Position numbers and translations under genes: made by a program. The notes beneath the pieces are model-generated. The model worked only from the letters and a program-made list of their open reading frames with translations. It was not told where the DNA came from and did no database searches. From Nitrospirota bacterium (GTDB lineage Bacteria; Nitrospirota; UBA9217), in contig CAVVOB010000023.1 of NCBI GenBank assembly GCA_963749655.1, forward strand, positions 64,001-128,000: a stretch of 64,000 nt of DNA, in the 5' to 3' direction. This document shows, piece by piece, positions 63,404-64,000 of this stretch; within the stretch, counting starts at the first letter, position 1; the number at the start of each line of letters is the position of its first letter.

Positions 63404-64000
63404 ATGCCGCGATATCCGTGGCCGCCTCACGATTTTGCCTGCCTTTATGAGCACACTTGCCCGTATCTTGACGGGTTGTCCACGAAGTGGGTGTTGGGAC
63501 AGTATCGAAGCCTGGATGACGACCGGTTGGAGTATCTCCACCTCATCGATATCTACCGTAAGGAGGTGCGGGAGCGGGATGACCGGATACGGGTCCTGGA
63601 GCGGGAGCATGCGGAACTTCGAGCCAAATATCAGGCCTTGCACCGTAAGCAGTTCAAGCCGAACAGAAAACGGGATGAGAACAGCGGAGGGGAAGAGGGT
63701 TCATCGTCAGCCTGCGCGCAAAAGAAGAAACGCGGGGCGCCTGTGGGACATCCGGGGTGGACAAGGCCGGTCCCGTCGCGGATCGATCGGACTATTCCGG
63801 TGCCCGCCCCGGCTGTTTGTCCTCACTGCGGGTCGCATGACTTGACACTTGAGGGTTCAATACATGAGCACATTCAGGAGGACATCGTCGTAAAACCCAC
63901 GACTACGGTTACGAAATATGTGCATGAGGAGGCGTTCTGCCCGCGCTGCAACCGGGCGGTCGTGGGGGCCGGTCAGGACGAGATCCCCAACGCCGCCATC
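63404..64000 (+). CDS. IS66-family transposase, partial
   Basis: Coiled coil, KKKRGAPVGHPG, CPHCG...CPRC zinc finger; frame is open to the window end. Confidence 0.82.
   Translation, partial: MPRYPWPPHDFACLYEHTCPYLDGLSTKWVLGQYRSLDDDRLEYLHLIDIYRKEVRERDDRIRVLEREHAELRAKYQALHRKQFKPNRKRDENSGGEEGSSSACAQKKKRGAPVGHPGWTRPVPSRIDRTIPVPAPAVCPHCGSHDLTLEGSIHEHIQEDIVVKPTTTVTKYVHEEAFCPRCNRAVVGAGQDEIPNAAI

Larger units (their letters stand above)
63004..64000 (+). mobile_element. IS66-family element, left end; runs off the window
   Basis: Begins GTAACAG; small accessory ORF followed by TnpC-like ORF. Right end not visible. Confidence 0.75.

Overview
A GC-rich bacterial chromosomal segment; Nitrospirota or Desulfobacterota is inferred from gene content only (DsrC/TusE-type proteins, a doubled-CXXCH cytochrome, several sigma54 promoters). 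The left third is housekeeping: secA, an S1-domain protein, rimO and the ffh-rpsP-rimM-trmD-rplS-rnhB-yraN cluster, preceded by an IS4-family element with clear TIRs and a 9-bp target duplication. The middle holds a GlrK/QseG/GlrR-like sigma54 two-component system with a visible target promoter, dusB, an NrtR-SPFH-NAD-kinase-like operon with two operator boxes, DUF3300/DUF2950, TA modules and a YegD-like Hsp70. The right third holds two L,D-transpeptidases, a Met-rich lipoprotein next to a Cu(I) P1B ATPase, a DsrC-like protein, a rearranged type I methyltransferase locus, two TIR-flanked HUH (Y1) transposases and the start of an IS66. Strongest leads: (1) an unassigned ~230-nt structured RNA candidate at 42759-42988; (2) an exactly spaced 42-bp palindromic promoter/operator triplicated inside the methyltransferase locus; (3) many families of gene-less palindromic repeats, some inside coding sequence; (4) the Met-rich lipoprotein. 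Many genes, including the normally essential ffh, carry single-base frameshifts that look like long-read indel errors, so pseudogene calls are uncertain. All family assignments come from motif recognition, not database searches.
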